Assembly (NCBI GenBank): GCA_050175155.1
Contig: JBFXJF010000003.1
Span: 51,945 to 115,944 of the forward strand
Direction of reading: 5' to 3'
DNA: 64,000 bases
DNA from: Vulcanibacillus sp.
GTDB taxonomy: Bacteria; Bacillota; Bacilli; Tepidibacillales; Tepidibacillaceae
Notes under the pieces: model-generated
Seen by the model: the letters and a program-made list of their open reading frames with translations, nothing else
Told to the model about the DNA's origin: nothing
Databases searched by the model: none
Made by a program: the position numbers and the translations under genes
Part shown: in pieces, positions 1-9,898 of the stretch
Layout of the letters: each line of letters opens with the position of its first letter
How positions within the stretch are numbered: position 1 is the stretch's first letter

Positions 1-464
1 ATGCTAGTGGAATCAGAGTTAGTGAACTTGTATCTTTAAATCTAGGTTCCGTTAATTTTCATTCAAGAACGGCATTGGTTTTTGGTAAGGGAGCGAAAGA
101 AAGATATGTTATCTTGGGGCAGCATTCGATTGATGCTTTACTTAATTATGTAGACGTTAGAAAAGAAATTTCTTCCATACCTGAAGAAAATGCTTTGTTT
201 ATAAATAGGTATGGTGGACGATTGACTGATAGGAGTATCAGAAGAATGCTTGCTAAGTACGTAAGGTCATTGGCTACAGCTAATAATATAAGTCCTCATA
301 CGTTTAGACATACATTTGCTACTCATTTATTAAATGCTGGTGCTGATATTAGAATAGTGCAAGAACTCTTAGGGCATATAAGTATTTCAACAACACAGAT
401 ATATACCCATGTCACCAAAGAAAAATTACAAAGAACTTATAATAATTTTCATCCGAGAGCATAA
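1..464 (+). CDS. xerC: Tyrosine recombinase XerC/CodV, C-terminal part (5' end lies outside the window)
   Basis: The frame is open from base 3 to the window edge (ASGIRVSELVSL...), so the 129-aa track ORF is only the tail. It carries the C-terminal catalytic block HTFRHTFATHLL / LLGH / TQIYTHV. It sits directly upstream of hslVU-codY, as Bacillus codV does. Confidence 0.85.
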   Translation, partial: ASGIRVSELVSLNLGSVNFHSRTALVFGKGAKERYVILGQHSIDALLNYVDVRKEISSIPEENALFINRYGGRLTDRSIRRMLAKYVRSLATANNISPHTFRHTFATHLLNAGADIRIVQELLGHISISTTQIYTHVTKEKLQRTYNNFHPRA

Positions 465-500
465 AGTATATTTTAGTTTATTTGAAAGGGGAAATGAGAT

Positions 501-1043
501 ATGTCTCAGACTTTTCACGCTACTACAATTTTTGCAATTCAACACAACGGACAATCGGCGATGGCTGGGGACGGACAAGTAACTATGGGAAACTCAGTAA
601 TAATGAAGCATACAGCCAAAAAGGTTAGAAAACTTTATCATGAAAAAGTATTAGCAGGGTTTGCGGGCTCTGTTGCCGATGCATTTACTTTGTTTGAAAA
701 ATTTGAAAGCAAATTAGAAGAGTATAATGGGAACTTATCTAGAGCAGCTGTAGAACTAGCGAAGGAATGGAGAATGGATAAAGCATTACGCCAATTAGAG
801 GCGATGTTAATTGTAATGAATGATGAAAATTTATTATTAATATCAGGTAGTGGTGAAGTTATTGAGCCAGATGATGGTATTTTAGTAATAGGTTCAGGTG
901 GAAACTATGCACTAAGTGCGGGAAGGGCTTTAATGAAGTATTCTCCCAACTTGTCAGCAAAGGAAATAGCTGAAGCTTCATTATTAATTGCTTCAGAAAT
1001 TTGTGTATTTACAAATAAAAATATAATAGTAGAAACATTATAA
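501..1043 (+). CDS. hslV: ATP-dependent protease subunit HslV (ClpQ/CodW type)
   Basis: 180 aa with [18 protein letters not shown] and GSGGNYA motifs of the HslV Ntn-peptidase. RBS GAAAGGGG upstream. Followed by hslU. Confidence 0.9.
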   Translation: MSQTFHATTIFAIQHNGQSAMAGDGQVTMGNSVIMKHTAKKVRKLYHEKVLAGFAGSVADAFTLFEKFESKLEEYNGNLSRAAVELAKEWRMDKALRQLEAMLIVMNDENLLLISGSGEVIEPDDGILVIGSGGNYALSAGRALMKYSPNLSAKEIAEASLLIASEICVFTNKNIIVETL

Positions 1044-1055
1044 GGGGGTAGTTTA

Positions 1056-2450
1056 ATGAATGAGCACATGAAATTAACTCCTCGTGAAATTGTTGCAGCA
1101 CTAGATAAACATGTTGTTGGTCAAAAAGATGCAAAGAGGTCAGTCGCTGTTGCACTGAGGAATCGTTACAGAAGAAGTCTCTTGGAAGAATCTATTAGAG
1201 ATGAAATAGTACCTAAAAATATTTTAATGATTGGACCAACTGGTGTAGGAAAAACAGAAATTGCTAGAAGACTTGCAAAATTAGTTGGCGCACCATTTGT
1301 AAAAGTTGAAGCAACAAAATTCACTGAGGTTGGTTATGTAGGTAGAGATGTTGAATCAATGGTTAGGGACTTAGTTGAGACATCTATTCGGATGGTGAAA
1401 TATGAGAAGACTGAAGAAGTAAAAGATAAGGCAGAAATCTCTGCGAATGAAAGAATAGTTGATATTCTAGTACCAAATCCTAAAAAAAATAAGACAACAA
1501 ATAACCCTTTAGAACTAATGTTTAATAAAGGACAAGATGGTAAATATGATAATAGTATTAATAATGATGAAGATATAATTCAAAAAAAACGTTCTATAAA
1601 ATTTAAATTATTAAATGGTGAATTAGAAGACAAGATAATTGATATAGAAGTTGAAGATAGCAATCCGTCGATTTTCGATATGTTTTCAAACTCTGGGATG
1701 GACCAGATGGGTTATAATATGCAAGATGTTTTAGGTAGTATTTTACCTAAAAAAGTTAAAAAGCGTAAATTATCGATAAAAGAAGCAAGAAAATTATTAA
1801 TACAGGAAGAAGCCCAAAAATTAATCGATATGGATGAAATAAATCAGGAATCCATCGAAAGGGCCGAACAATTTGGAATTATATTTATTGATGAGATTGA
1901 TAAGATTGTGGGAAGAGAGAAAGGTCCCGATGTCTCAAGGGAAGGTGTTCAAAGAGATATATTACCTATTGTAGAAGGTTCAACAGTGGTTACAAAATAT
2001 GGTGCGGTTAAAACAGACTATGTATTATTTATTGCAGCTGGGGCATTCCATATATCGAAACCTTCTGATTTAATTCCTGAATTACAAGGAAGATTTCCAA
2101 TTAGAGTTGAATTAGGCGCTTTAACTGTAGAAGATTTTATCAGAATATTAACAGAGCCAAAAAGTGCTCTAACAAAACAATATATTGCTTTATTAAAAAC
2201 AGAGGGAATAGATATTGAATTTACTGAATCCGCAATTCATGAAATAGCAAAACTTGCTTTTGAGGTAAATCAAGAAACAGAAAATATTGGTGCAAGGCGT
2301 CTAAATACACTATTGGAGAAATTACTAGAAGATCTTTCTTTTGAAGCTCCAAATATAAATTTAGAAAAAATTCAGATAACACCAGAATATGTAAACGAGA
2401 AACTTTCAAAACTTGTTAAGAACAAAGATTTATCTCAATATATTTTATAA
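1056..2450 (+). CDS. hslU: ATP-dependent protease ATPase subunit HslU (ClpY/CodX)
   Basis: 464 aa AAA+ protein with Walker [16 protein letters not shown], Walker [11 protein letters not shown] and GRFPIRVEL. An inserted I-domain is rich in K/N/D. Confidence 0.95.
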   Translation: MNEHMKLTPREIVAALDKHVVGQKDAKRSVAVALRNRYRRSLLEESIRDEIVPKNILMIGPTGVGKTEIARRLAKLVGAPFVKVEATKFTEVGYVGRDVESMVRDLVETSIRMVKYEKTEEVKDKAEISANERIVDILVPNPKKNKTTNNPLELMFNKGQDGKYDNSINNDEDIIQKKRSIKFKLLNGELEDKIIDIEVEDSNPSIFDMFSNSGMDQMGYNMQDVLGSILPKKVKKRKLSIKEARKLLIQEEAQKLIDMDEINQESIERAEQFGIIFIDEIDKIVGREKGPDVSREGVQRDILPIVEGSTVVTKYGAVKTDYVLFIAAGAFHISKPSDLIPELQGRFPIRVELGALTVEDFIRILTEPKSALTKQYIALLKTEGIDIEFTESAIHEIAKLAFEVNQETENIGARRLNTLLEKLLEDLSFEAPNINLEKIQITPEYVNEKLSKLVKNKDLSQYIL

Positions 2451-2467
2451 ATTCAGGAGGATTTAAG

Positions 2468-3244
2468 ATGATGAATTTATTAACTAAAACTCGGAGGATT
2501 AATCGTTTATTACAAAAAACCACCGAAAATGCAGTTGACTTTAATGAAATGTCTGAAGTACTTAGTGATGTAATTGATGCTAATATATTTGTTGTTAGTC
2601 CGAGTGGCGATATGTTAGGTATTACAATTGCACAGCCACTTAATAATGAACGCGTTATGAGTATGATAACGGAGAGAAAATTTCCGAGAGAATATAATAG
2701 ATTATTATTAAATCAAGATGAAACGATCTCAAATATTGGAATTGATAATCCTTTAACCTCATTTCCAAATGAAATGAAGGACTTTTTTGAAAATAGTTTT
2801 ACTGCGTTAGTTCCAATAATTGGTGGCGGAGACAGACTAGGAACAATTATAGTTGGACGATTAAATAAAAAATATACTGATGAAGATTTAATTCTTGCCG
2901 AATACGGGGCTACGGTTATTGGAATGGAAATCCTTAGAGAAAGGTCGGAAGCAGTTGAAGAAGAGGCAAGAAGTAAAGCTATTGTTCATATGGCAATTAC
3001 TTCACTTTCATACAGTGAATTAGAAGCTGTAGAACATATCTTTGATGAATTAAAAGCTAAAGAAGGCCTGCTAGTTGCAAGTAAAATTGCAGATAGAGTT
3101 GGCATAACCCGTTCTGTTATCGTAAATGCCCTTAGAAAGTTAGAAAGTGCTGGTGTAATAGAGTCTCGTTCACTTGGAATGAAAGGTACATATATAAAAG
3201 TTCTTAACGAGAGGTTACCAATTGAACTTGAAAAATTACGATAA
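2468..3244 (+). CDS. codY: GTP/BCAA-sensing global regulator CodY
   Basis: 258 aa. The C-terminal w[47 protein letters not shown] is essentially identical to B. subtilis CodY as I recall it. [10 protein letters not shown] and SLSYSELEA blocks are also present. Confidence 0.95.
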   Translation: MMNLLTKTRRINRLLQKTTENAVDFNEMSEVLSDVIDANIFVVSPSGDMLGITIAQPLNNERVMSMITERKFPREYNRLLLNQDETISNIGIDNPLTSFPNEMKDFFENSFTALVPIIGGGDRLGTIIVGRLNKKYTDEDLILAEYGATVIGMEILRERSEAVEEEARSKAIVHMAITSLSYSELEAVEHIFDELKAKEGLLVASKIADRVGITRSVIVNALRKLESAGVIESRSLGMKGTYIKVLNERLPIELEKLR

Positions 3245-3322
3245 AATCGGTTGAATATAATTAATATTATTGGCTTTATATAAAATTTTAGTCGAATTTT
3301 ATAAATTTATGATATTTCATAC

Positions 3323-3355
3323 AAAAGTCCTATGAAGGGGGCTTTTTGTTTTTCA
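3323..3355 (+). terminator. Putative intrinsic terminator after codY
   Basis: AAAAGTCC / GGGGCTTTT stem (one G.U pair) around a short loop, followed by TTGTTTTTC. It lies about 80 nt after the codY stop. Confidence 0.45.
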
Positions 3356-3374
3356 TTAAATTTGTTATTATATC

Positions 3375-3403
3375 TTGATAGAGATTAAATTCACAGATAT
3401 TAT
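3375..3403 (+). promoter_or_regulatory. Candidate sigmaA-type fla/che promoter
   Basis: TTGATA-N17-TATTAT, located between the codY terminator and flgB, about 105 nt upstream of the flgB ATG. Confidence 0.4.
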
Positions 3404-3512
3404 TTTTTTAAAAAAATGTCGAAAAATGAAGGATTTTTAGATTATTTATTGAAGTATATATCTTTATTAATATTAAAATGTAATTAATATATTCAGAGAA
3501 GGAGAATTGATT

Positions 3513-3929
3513 ATGGATTTGTTTAACAATATCAATACTTTACAACGCTCATTAGATGTATCAGCTACTAGACAGCGTTTGATAACAAATAATATTGCTA
3601 ACGTAGATACACCTGGATATAAAACAATGGACGTGTCATTTGAGGATATATTAAACACTGAAAAAGAGAAACACTCTACTAATCTATCTTTCCAAGGTAA
3701 AATTAATGATTCGAGACATTTTGTAATTGGAAATAGTGGTAACAGTGATTCCCAGCCAAAAGTTATAACACAAAACAATACATCAATGTTAATTAATGAG
3801 AACAATGTTGATATAGATTACCAGATGACACTGTTGGCCGAAAATAACATATGGTTTAATGGTTTAACGGAGATTACAAATAAGGAATTTTCAATGTTAC
3901 GATATGTTATAACTGAAGGGAGAGGGTAG
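3513..3929 (+). CDS. flgB: Flagellar basal-body rod protein FlgB
   Basis: Rod-family N-terminal signature RQRLITNNIANVDTPGYK. ATG 3513 is 7 nt after GGAGA; the track ORF begins at an in-frame TTG at 3507. First gene of the flagellar cluster. Confidence 0.85.
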   Translation: MDLFNNINTLQRSLDVSATRQRLITNNIANVDTPGYKTMDVSFEDILNTEKEKHSTNLSFQGKINDSRHFVIGNSGNSDSQPKVITQNNTSMLINENNVDIDYQMTLLAENNIWFNGLTEITNKEFSMLRYVITEGRG

Positions 3930-3932
3930 ATT

Positions 3933-4385
3933 ATGAAACTTTTCCAAACGATGGATATTAGTGCATCTGCATTGACTACTCAAAGGCTAAGATTAGATGT
4001 GATTTCATCTAATATAGCTAATGCTGAAACAACAAGAGGTAGATTAGTTAATGGTAAGTGGGAACCTTACACGAGAAAAATGATTGCTGTTGAATCCAAC
4101 ACAGGAAGTAATTTTCAGCATGTTTTGCATGGAGTTCAAAATAATGAAAATAATCAATATGGAGTTAAAGTAACTGCTATTGTTGAGGATACTTCTCCCT
4201 ATAAAAAAGCATATCAGCCTTCTCACCCTGATGCGGATGAAAATGGTTTTGTGTATTTTCCAAATGTAGATTTGTTGGCAGAAATGATTGATATGACTGC
4301 TGCGGAAAGAGCTTATGAAGCTAATGTAACTGCGTTAAATTCTACTAAATCAATATTAATGAAAGCACTTGAAATAGGAAAATAA
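3933..4385 (+). CDS. flgC: Flagellar basal-body rod protein FlgC
   Basis: 150 aa with SSNIANAETTR at the N-terminus and AYEANVTALNSTKSILMKALEIG at the C-terminus, both typical of FlgC. Confidence 0.9.
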   Translation: MKLFQTMDISASALTTQRLRLDVISSNIANAETTRGRLVNGKWEPYTRKMIAVESNTGSNFQHVLHGVQNNENNQYGVKVTAIVEDTSPYKKAYQPSHPDADENGFVYFPNVDLLAEMIDMTAAERAYEANVTALNSTKSILMKALEIGK

Positions 4386-4400
4386 AAGGAGGGTATTTAG

Positions 4401-4703
4401 ATGAGTAATGAAATACTTTTACTAAATAATATTAATAAAAACCAATTAATAGATTTTAATAATAAGCCTAAGATAGAAGAAGGAACAGATTTTTCTTCAA
4501 TATTTAAAAATGCGATTAACGAAGTTATAACAGATGTAAACGCTGCTGAAGAACTATCTAAACAGGCTGCAATTGGAAATGTTCAAGATTTACACGATGT
4601 AACGATTGCTCTGGAAAAAGCTAATTTAGGTATTCAACTTACTACGCAAGTTAGAAATAAAGTTGTTGAAGCTTACCAGGAAGTAATGAGAATGCAAATT
4701 TAG
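4401..4703 (+). CDS. fliE: Flagellar hook-basal body complex protein FliE
   Basis: 100 aa. The C-terminal LHDVTIALEKANLGIQLTTQVRNKVVEAYQEVMRMQI is FliE-like. Position is flgC-fliE-fliF. Confidence 0.85.
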   Translation: MSNEILLLNNINKNQLIDFNNKPKIEEGTDFSSIFKNAINEVITDVNAAEELSKQAAIGNVQDLHDVTIALEKANLGIQLTTQVRNKVVEAYQEVMRMQI

Positions 4704-4734
4704 TAGTTAATGGTAGGCAAGGAGAGAAAACAGC

Positions 4735-6291
4735 GTGAACGAAATTATACGGAAATATAAAGAAAAGTTTATATACTTTTGGAAACAGTTAGAGAAGAAA
4801 CAAAAAATACTGCTTACTTCTTCGGTTGCATTAATATTATTTGCATTAATATTGGTAACTTTTATGTCTACAAGGATTAACTATGTTCCAACTTTTGTTA
4901 ATTTAAACGAAAAAACTGCGGGAAATATAATTGCTAAACTCGATGAAATTGGAGTTACATACGAAATCGGTGGTGGGGGAACAGTAATATCTGTTCCAGA
5001 AGCAGAAGCAGATAAATTAAAAATTAATATTGCTCAAGATTTAGAATATGGCAACTTTTACTCGAGATTTTGGGATAGTGCTACATATGGAATAACTGAT
5101 GCAGAGTTAAGTATTCTAGAACGGGATGCTATCGAGCAGGAATTACGTGCTTTAATTGTTAATGGAATAAATGGAATTAGCAAGGCAGAGGTTATGTTAA
5201 CTTTGCCTAAAGATAAAGTTTTTTATTCAGAAGAGGATCAGAAAGCTACAGCTTCAGTCATTTTAAATGTTGATCCTGGGGTTAATCTGAGTGCTTCTCA
5301 AATAAAGAATATTTATTATCTTATTTCTAGAAGCGTGCCTAGTTTACCTATTGAAAATATAACTTTATCTGATCAATACGGGGAACCATTGGTTTATAGC
5401 GAAAGTGGACAAAGTTCAACTAGTAGCACGTATGATCAACAAAGGAATATTGAACTAAACTTTCAACAAGATTTAAGAAAAGATATTGAGAATATGTTAA
5501 ATTCCATTTATGGTCAAGAGAATATTAGCGTAAATGTGTTTGCCAAAATGAATTTTGATCAAAAAAGAACTGTCGAAAACCTTGTAGAATCTGTTGTAGA
5601 TGGTGAAGGAATTCCCATAAGTACTGAGAGAATACAAGAATCATCAACAAACGGTGAAAATTCAGGGAATATTGAAGGAACTGGAGAAACACAAATACCA
5701 ACTTACCAATCAAATACTGGAACTGAGAGTACTTATGAATACGTCGAGGAACGAATTAATTACGATGTAAACGAAATTACTAATGAAATAGTAAGTAGTC
5801 CTTATCGTTTAGAGGATTTAAGCATAACGATTGCAGTTAATATGGATGCAGCAAATGAACAAACACAAAAAGTAACAACGGATATAACGAACTTAATATT
5901 ACCTATTGTATCCGCAGCACTTGGTCCAAATGAAGATGCTAGCATGGTTAATATTAGTTCAAAAATTGCGATAATTGCCCAAGAATTCACTGAACCTATC
6001 GCATATTTTGATGACGATAAAGACAGTCTAAGTACACTTTTATTATATGGTTTGGCAGGACTGTCTGTACTGGCAATTGGTGGGGCTGGATTTTCAATTG
6101 TTAGAAAAAATAATAAGCGTAAAGAAGATAAATTAATGAACTTATCAGTTGAGGATTTTGCAAAACCTGAATATGATTTTGCGCCTGCCATGACAGGGGA
6201 AAATGTACTGGAAAGAGAAATACAAAAGTTTTCATCAAAAAAACCTGATGAATTCACAAAACTTATACGTACATGGTTATATGAGGAATAG
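4735..6291 (+). CDS. fliF: Flagellar MS-ring protein FliF
   Basis: 518 aa with an N-terminal TM (LLTSSVALILFALILVTF), ring-building domains, a C-terminal TM (LLLYGLAGLSVLAIGGAGF) and a cytoplasmic tail ending IRTWLYEE. GTG start after AAGGAGAG. Confidence 0.9.
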   Translation: MNEIIRKYKEKFIYFWKQLEKKQKILLTSSVALILFALILVTFMSTRINYVPTFVNLNEKTAGNIIAKLDEIGVTYEIGGGGTVISVPEAEADKLKINIAQDLEYGNFYSRFWDSATYGITDAELSILERDAIEQELRALIVNGINGISKAEVMLTLPKDKVFYSEEDQKATASVILNVDPGVNLSASQIKNIYYLISRSVPSLPIENITLSDQYGEPLVYSESGQSSTSSTYDQQRNIELNFQQDLRKDIENMLNSIYGQENISVNVFAKMNFDQKRTVENLVESVVDGEGIPISTERIQESSTNGENSGNIEGTGETQIPTYQSNTGTESTYEYVEERINYDVNEITNEIVSSPYRLEDLSITIAVNMDAANEQTQKVTTDITNLILPIVSAALGPNEDASMVNISSKIAIIAQEFTEPIAYFDDDKDSLSTLLLYGLAGLSVLAIGGAGFSIVRKNNKRKEDKLMNLSVEDFAKPEYDFAPAMTGENVLEREIQKFSSKKPDEFTKLIRTWLYEE

Positions 6292-6302
6292 GTGGAATTA
6301 AT

Positions 6303-7310
6303 ATGGCTAGAACACATGAGCTAACAGGGAGACAAAAAGCAGCAATATTATTAATTACTTTAGGACCGGAGTATTCTGCTCAAGTTTACAAACAATTACA
6401 TGAAGATGAAATAGAACAATTAACTTTCGAAATAGCCAACATGCAAAAAATTGACAATCTCGATAAGGGGAGGGTTTTAGAAGAATTTCATCAAATGGCC
6501 GTTGCCCAAGAGTTTATTTCTCATGGTGGGATTGAATATGCAAAAGAAATATTAGAAAAAGCTTATGGTCAACAGAAAGCTTTAGATGTTATTAATCGAC
6601 TATCTGCAACCTTACAAATTAGACCGTTTGATTTTGCAAGAAAATCAGATGCAACTCAAATATTGAATTTTATCCAAAATGAACATTCTCAAACCATAGC
6701 ATTAGTATTATCTTATCTTCAACCAGATCAATCTTCTTTAATATTATCTTCTTTATCTCAAGAAAAACAAGCTGATGTGGCTAGAAGAATAGCACTTATG
6801 GGTGCAACCTCACCGGAAATGATTAGTCAAGTAGAACAGGTTCTTGAACAAAAACTTTCTTCTACTTTTCAACAAGATATAACTTCTGCTGGAGGTATTG
6901 AAAGTATTGTGCAAATACTTAATGGTGTAGATAGAGGTACAGAGAGAACCATTTTAGATACGCTTGAAATTGATGATCCTGAGCTTGCTGAGGAAATTAA
7001 AAAGAGAATGTTTGTATTTGAAGATGTTGTTAAATTGGATGATCGTTCTATTCAAAGAGTTATAAGGGATGTAGAAAATTCAGATTTACAACTTGCTCTA
7101 AAGGTTGCAAGTGAAGAAGTAAGAGGAGTCTTATTCAAGAATATGTCAAAACGTATGGCAGATACCTTCAAAGAGGAAATGGAATATATGGGACCGGTTA
7201 GACTTAGGGATGTAGAAGAAGCACAAACAAGAATCGTATCAACTATTAGACGTCTTGAGGAAACGGGTGACATTATACTTTCACGCGGGGGTGATGACAT
7301 AATTGTCTAG
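6303..7310 (+). CDS. fliG: Flagellar motor switch protein FliG
   Basis: 335 aa with GRQKAAILLITLG, EHSQTIALVLSYL and a C-terminal MSKRMADTFKEEME..RLRDVEEAQ block. Confidence 0.95.
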   Translation: MARTHELTGRQKAAILLITLGPEYSAQVYKQLHEDEIEQLTFEIANMQKIDNLDKGRVLEEFHQMAVAQEFISHGGIEYAKEILEKAYGQQKALDVINRLSATLQIRPFDFARKSDATQILNFIQNEHSQTIALVLSYLQPDQSSLILSSLSQEKQADVARRIALMGATSPEMISQVEQVLEQKLSSTFQQDITSAGGIESIVQILNGVDRGTERTILDTLEIDDPELAEEIKKRMFVFEDVVKLDDRSIQRVIRDVENSDLQLALKVASEEVRGVLFKNMSKRMADTFKEEMEYMGPVRLRDVEEAQTRIVSTIRRLEETGDIILSRGGDDIIV

Positions 7311-8130
7311 AGTATATAAATCTACTAAAATTAATATAGATGAGAAGAAGATTATTACTAATCCAACATTAGAGGATTATAATATGATGTTTGAGATTGA
7401 GGAAAATAATGAAAACTATTTAAATGACAGTTATTTCGATGTTGATGATCAAGAAGTACAACAGGAAAGTAATCTGATTATTATTAAAGCGCAAGAGGAA
7501 GCAGCAAGAATAGTTCAACAAGCAAGAAAACAAGCGGAAGAAATTGCGGGATTAGAAAAGCTGAAAATCGATGAGTGGTGGGAACAAAAAAGATTAGAAG
7601 ATGTAGCTATAGTTGAAAAGGAAAAAAAAGATGGTTATAACGTTGGGTATAATGATGGTAAAAAAATAGCTGAGAATGATATCAAACTGCAATATCAATC
7701 AATACTTGAAAAGGCACAAACTATTCTAAAGAAATCGTACGAAATAAAAGAAGAAATTATTAAAGAATCTGAGTTACCAATTGTTGAATTAAGCATTTCA
7801 ATAGCTGAAAAAATAATAAAAAAGGAAATTGAAATCGATAAAAATATAGTTAGTTTAATAGTTAAGGAAGCATTAAAGGCTATTACTGATTTCGAAAAAA
7901 TATCTATCTATGTTAATCCAAATAATTTTGAATATTTACATAATATGAGAGAAGAACTTTTAAAGGGGTTAAATGGTCAGGTCGAGTTAATGATTTTTCC
8001 TGATTCTTTAATTAGTGACGATGGTTGCATTATAAAAACTTTATCAGGAACATTGGATGCAAAAATTGATACTCAATTAGAGGAAATCAAAAAAAATATA
8101 ATTGATATAGCAAGCAGGAGAAATGAATGA
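7303..8130 (+). CDS. fliH: Flagellar export ATPase regulator FliH
   Basis: 275 aa between fliG and fliI. Acidic N-terminus, E/K-rich coiled coil (AARIVQQARKQAEEIAG) and a FliH-like C-terminal domain. TTG start overlaps the fliG stop. The call rests on synteny and architecture. Confidence 0.75.
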   Translation: MSRVYKSTKINIDEKKIITNPTLEDYNMMFEIEENNENYLNDSYFDVDDQEVQQESNLIIIKAQEEAARIVQQARKQAEEIAGLEKLKIDEWWEQKRLEDVAIVEKEKKDGYNVGYNDGKKIAENDIKLQYQSILEKAQTILKKSYEIKEEIIKESELPIVELSISIAEKIIKKEIEIDKNIVSLIVKEALKAITDFEKISIYVNPNNFEYLHNMREELLKGLNGQVELMIFPDSLISDDGCIIKTLSGTLDAKIDTQLEEIKKNIIDIASRRNE

Positions 8131-9449
8131 CCAAAAACATAGATATAGTTAAATATAAAGATGCTATTAAAGATCTAAATACGTATCGGATTTATGGCAG
8201 GGTTGTTGAAGTTATTGGACTTATAGTTGAGTCATTAGGACCTGATTCAAAGATTGGTGATGTATGCTTAATCTATCCTTCAAAAAGTAAAGAAGCTATT
8301 AAAGCTGAAGTAGTAGGATTTAAAAATAATAGGATAATATTAATGCCATTAGGAGAATTGGGTGCAATTGGACCGGGTTGTGACGTTGTAAATACTGGTT
8401 CCCCTTTGATGATAAAAGTAGGTACTCAACTTCTAGGACGAATCTTAAATGGATTAGGAGAACCGATAGATGGTGGTAAACTTCCTGTTGGACTAAAGCC
8501 TTATATGACAAATCAAAAACCACCTAACCCTTTAAAAAGGCCAAGAATTAAAGAGCCTATTCATTTAGGAGTCAGAGCAATAGATGCTTTATTGACAGTT
8601 GGTAAAGGTCAGAGGATGGGTATTTTTTCTGGAAGTGGTATTGGGAAAAGCACATTATTAGGAATGATTGCCAAATATACATCGGCAGATATTAATGTTA
8701 TTGCACTTATAGGTGAGAGAGGTAGAGAGGTAAAAGAATTTATAGAGAAGGATTTAGGAGAAGAAGGGCAAAAAAAGTCTGTTATAGTAGTAGCTACCTC
8801 AGATCAACCTGCACTAGTTAGAATAAAGGGTGCTATTATTGCAACGAGTATTGCAGAATATTTTCGTGATAGTGGATTAAATGTGAATTTAATGATGGAT
8901 TCGGTAACTCGATATGCAATGTCACTCCGTGAAGTAGGATTAGCAATAGGTGAACCCCCTGCAACAAAAGGTTATACTCCTACAGTTTTTGCTGATTTGC
9001 CGAAGTTATTAGAAAGATCAGGTAATAGTGAACTTGGATCAATCACAGCATTATATACTGTTTTAGTTGATGCCGATGACATGAATGAACCAATTGCTGA
9101 TGCTGTAAGAGGAATATTAGATGGTCATATAGTATTAGATAGGAAAATTGCTCAAAGGGGTCATTATCCAGCAATAGACATATTACAGAGTGTAAGTCGT
9201 CTAATGATTGATATAGTTTCAAAAGAGCATAATAAATCTTCCGAAAATTTAAAAAGATTATTAGCTATATATAGAGAATCTGAAGACCTAATAAATATTG
9301 GTGCATATAAAAATGGTACTAATCCTTTGATTGACAAGGCTATAAAATATAATACAACCATAGAAGAATTTACAAAACAAGGGATTAATGAACATTGTGC
9401 ATTTGAGGAATCGATAGATAAAATAATATCTACTTTTAAGGAGATTTAA
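8127..9449 (+). CDS. fliI: Flagellum-specific ATP synthase FliI
   Basis: 440 aa with Walker A GSGIGKSTLLGMI, Walker B LMMDSVTRYA and HYPAIDILQSVSR, as in T3SS/F1-type ATPases. Confidence 0.95.
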   Translation: MTKNIDIVKYKDAIKDLNTYRIYGRVVEVIGLIVESLGPDSKIGDVCLIYPSKSKEAIKAEVVGFKNNRIILMPLGELGAIGPGCDVVNTGSPLMIKVGTQLLGRILNGLGEPIDGGKLPVGLKPYMTNQKPPNPLKRPRIKEPIHLGVRAIDALLTVGKGQRMGIFSGSGIGKSTLLGMIAKYTSADINVIALIGERGREVKEFIEKDLGEEGQKKSVIVVATSDQPALVRIKGAIIATSIAEYFRDSGLNVNLMMDSVTRYAMSLREVGLAIGEPPATKGYTPTVFADLPKLLERSGNSELGSITALYTVLVDADDMNEPIADAVRGILDGHIVLDRKIAQRGHYPAIDILQSVSRLMIDIVSKEHNKSSENLKRLLAIYRESEDLINIGAYKNGTNPLIDKAIKYNTTIEEFTKQGINEHCAFEESIDKIISTFKEI

Positions 9450-9452
9450 TAT

Positions 9453-9896
9453 ATGAGTACTTTTTATTATTCTTTTCAAAAAATATTAGATTTAAAAAAG
9501 AAGAATAGAGAGCAAACTGAATATATGTATGCAGAATTAGTACACAATTTAAAACTCGAAGAAGAGAAATCATCTATTTTAAATAAGAATAAGAATGAAA
9601 TATATGAAATTATTCATTCACAACAATTAGTTGGTACTTCTATAATTGAGTTATGTCAATACGAATCTTATCTTATGTTTATAGAGCAACAGATGCTAAT
9701 ATATCAAAAAAACATTTATAGGATAAATAATTTAATTAAAGAAAAACATAAAGAATTAGTAGAGATAAAAATAGAAGAACGGAAATGGTCTAATCTTAGG
9801 GAAAAAAAATATCGGGATTATATAATAGAGTGTAATAAATTAGAACAGAAAGAATTAGATGAAATAGCTTCAAGAGGAATTCAAAGGGGAGTATAA
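9453..9896 (+). CDS. fliJ: Flagellar export chaperone-like protein FliJ
   Basis: 147-aa all-helical coiled-coil protein immediately after fliI, with an FQKILDLKKK N-terminus. The call is mainly from size, character and synteny. Confidence 0.7.
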   Translation: MSTFYYSFQKILDLKKKNREQTEYMYAELVHNLKLEEEKSSILNKNKNEIYEIIHSQQLVGTSIIELCQYESYLMFIEQQMLIYQKNIYRINNLIKEKHKELVEIKIEERKWSNLREKKYRDYIIECNKLEQKELDEIASRGIQRGV

Positions 9897-9898
9897 GG

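Noticed and set aside
1-464. Tyrosine recombinase at the window edge as a possible marker of a prophage or integrative element
   Set aside because: Its context (hslV-hslU-codY immediately downstream) is the housekeeping codV/xerC locus. There are no att-like repeats, phage genes or composition shift next to it.
3279-3303. Perfect 9-bp inverted repeat TATAAAATT-N7-AATTTTATA just after codY, a possible CodY box or operator
   Set aside because: It matches the CodY consensus AATTTTCWGAAAATT at only about 10 of 15 positions in any register. AT-only palindromes are expected by chance in this composition. It also lies upstream of the codY terminator, not over the putative fla/che promoter.
3409-3425. 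GTCGAAAA resembling a sigmaD -10 element (GCCGATAT) upstream of flgB
   Set aside because: Only 5 of 8 positions match, and there is no TAAA element at the required 15-16 nt spacing.
5802-6317. 171-aa ORF on the minus strand, antisense to fliF/fliG
   Set aside because: It lies entirely opposite strongly supported flagellar genes and has no RBS. Its S/F/I-rich composition is typical of antisense frames in AT-rich DNA, where stop codons are depleted opposite real genes.
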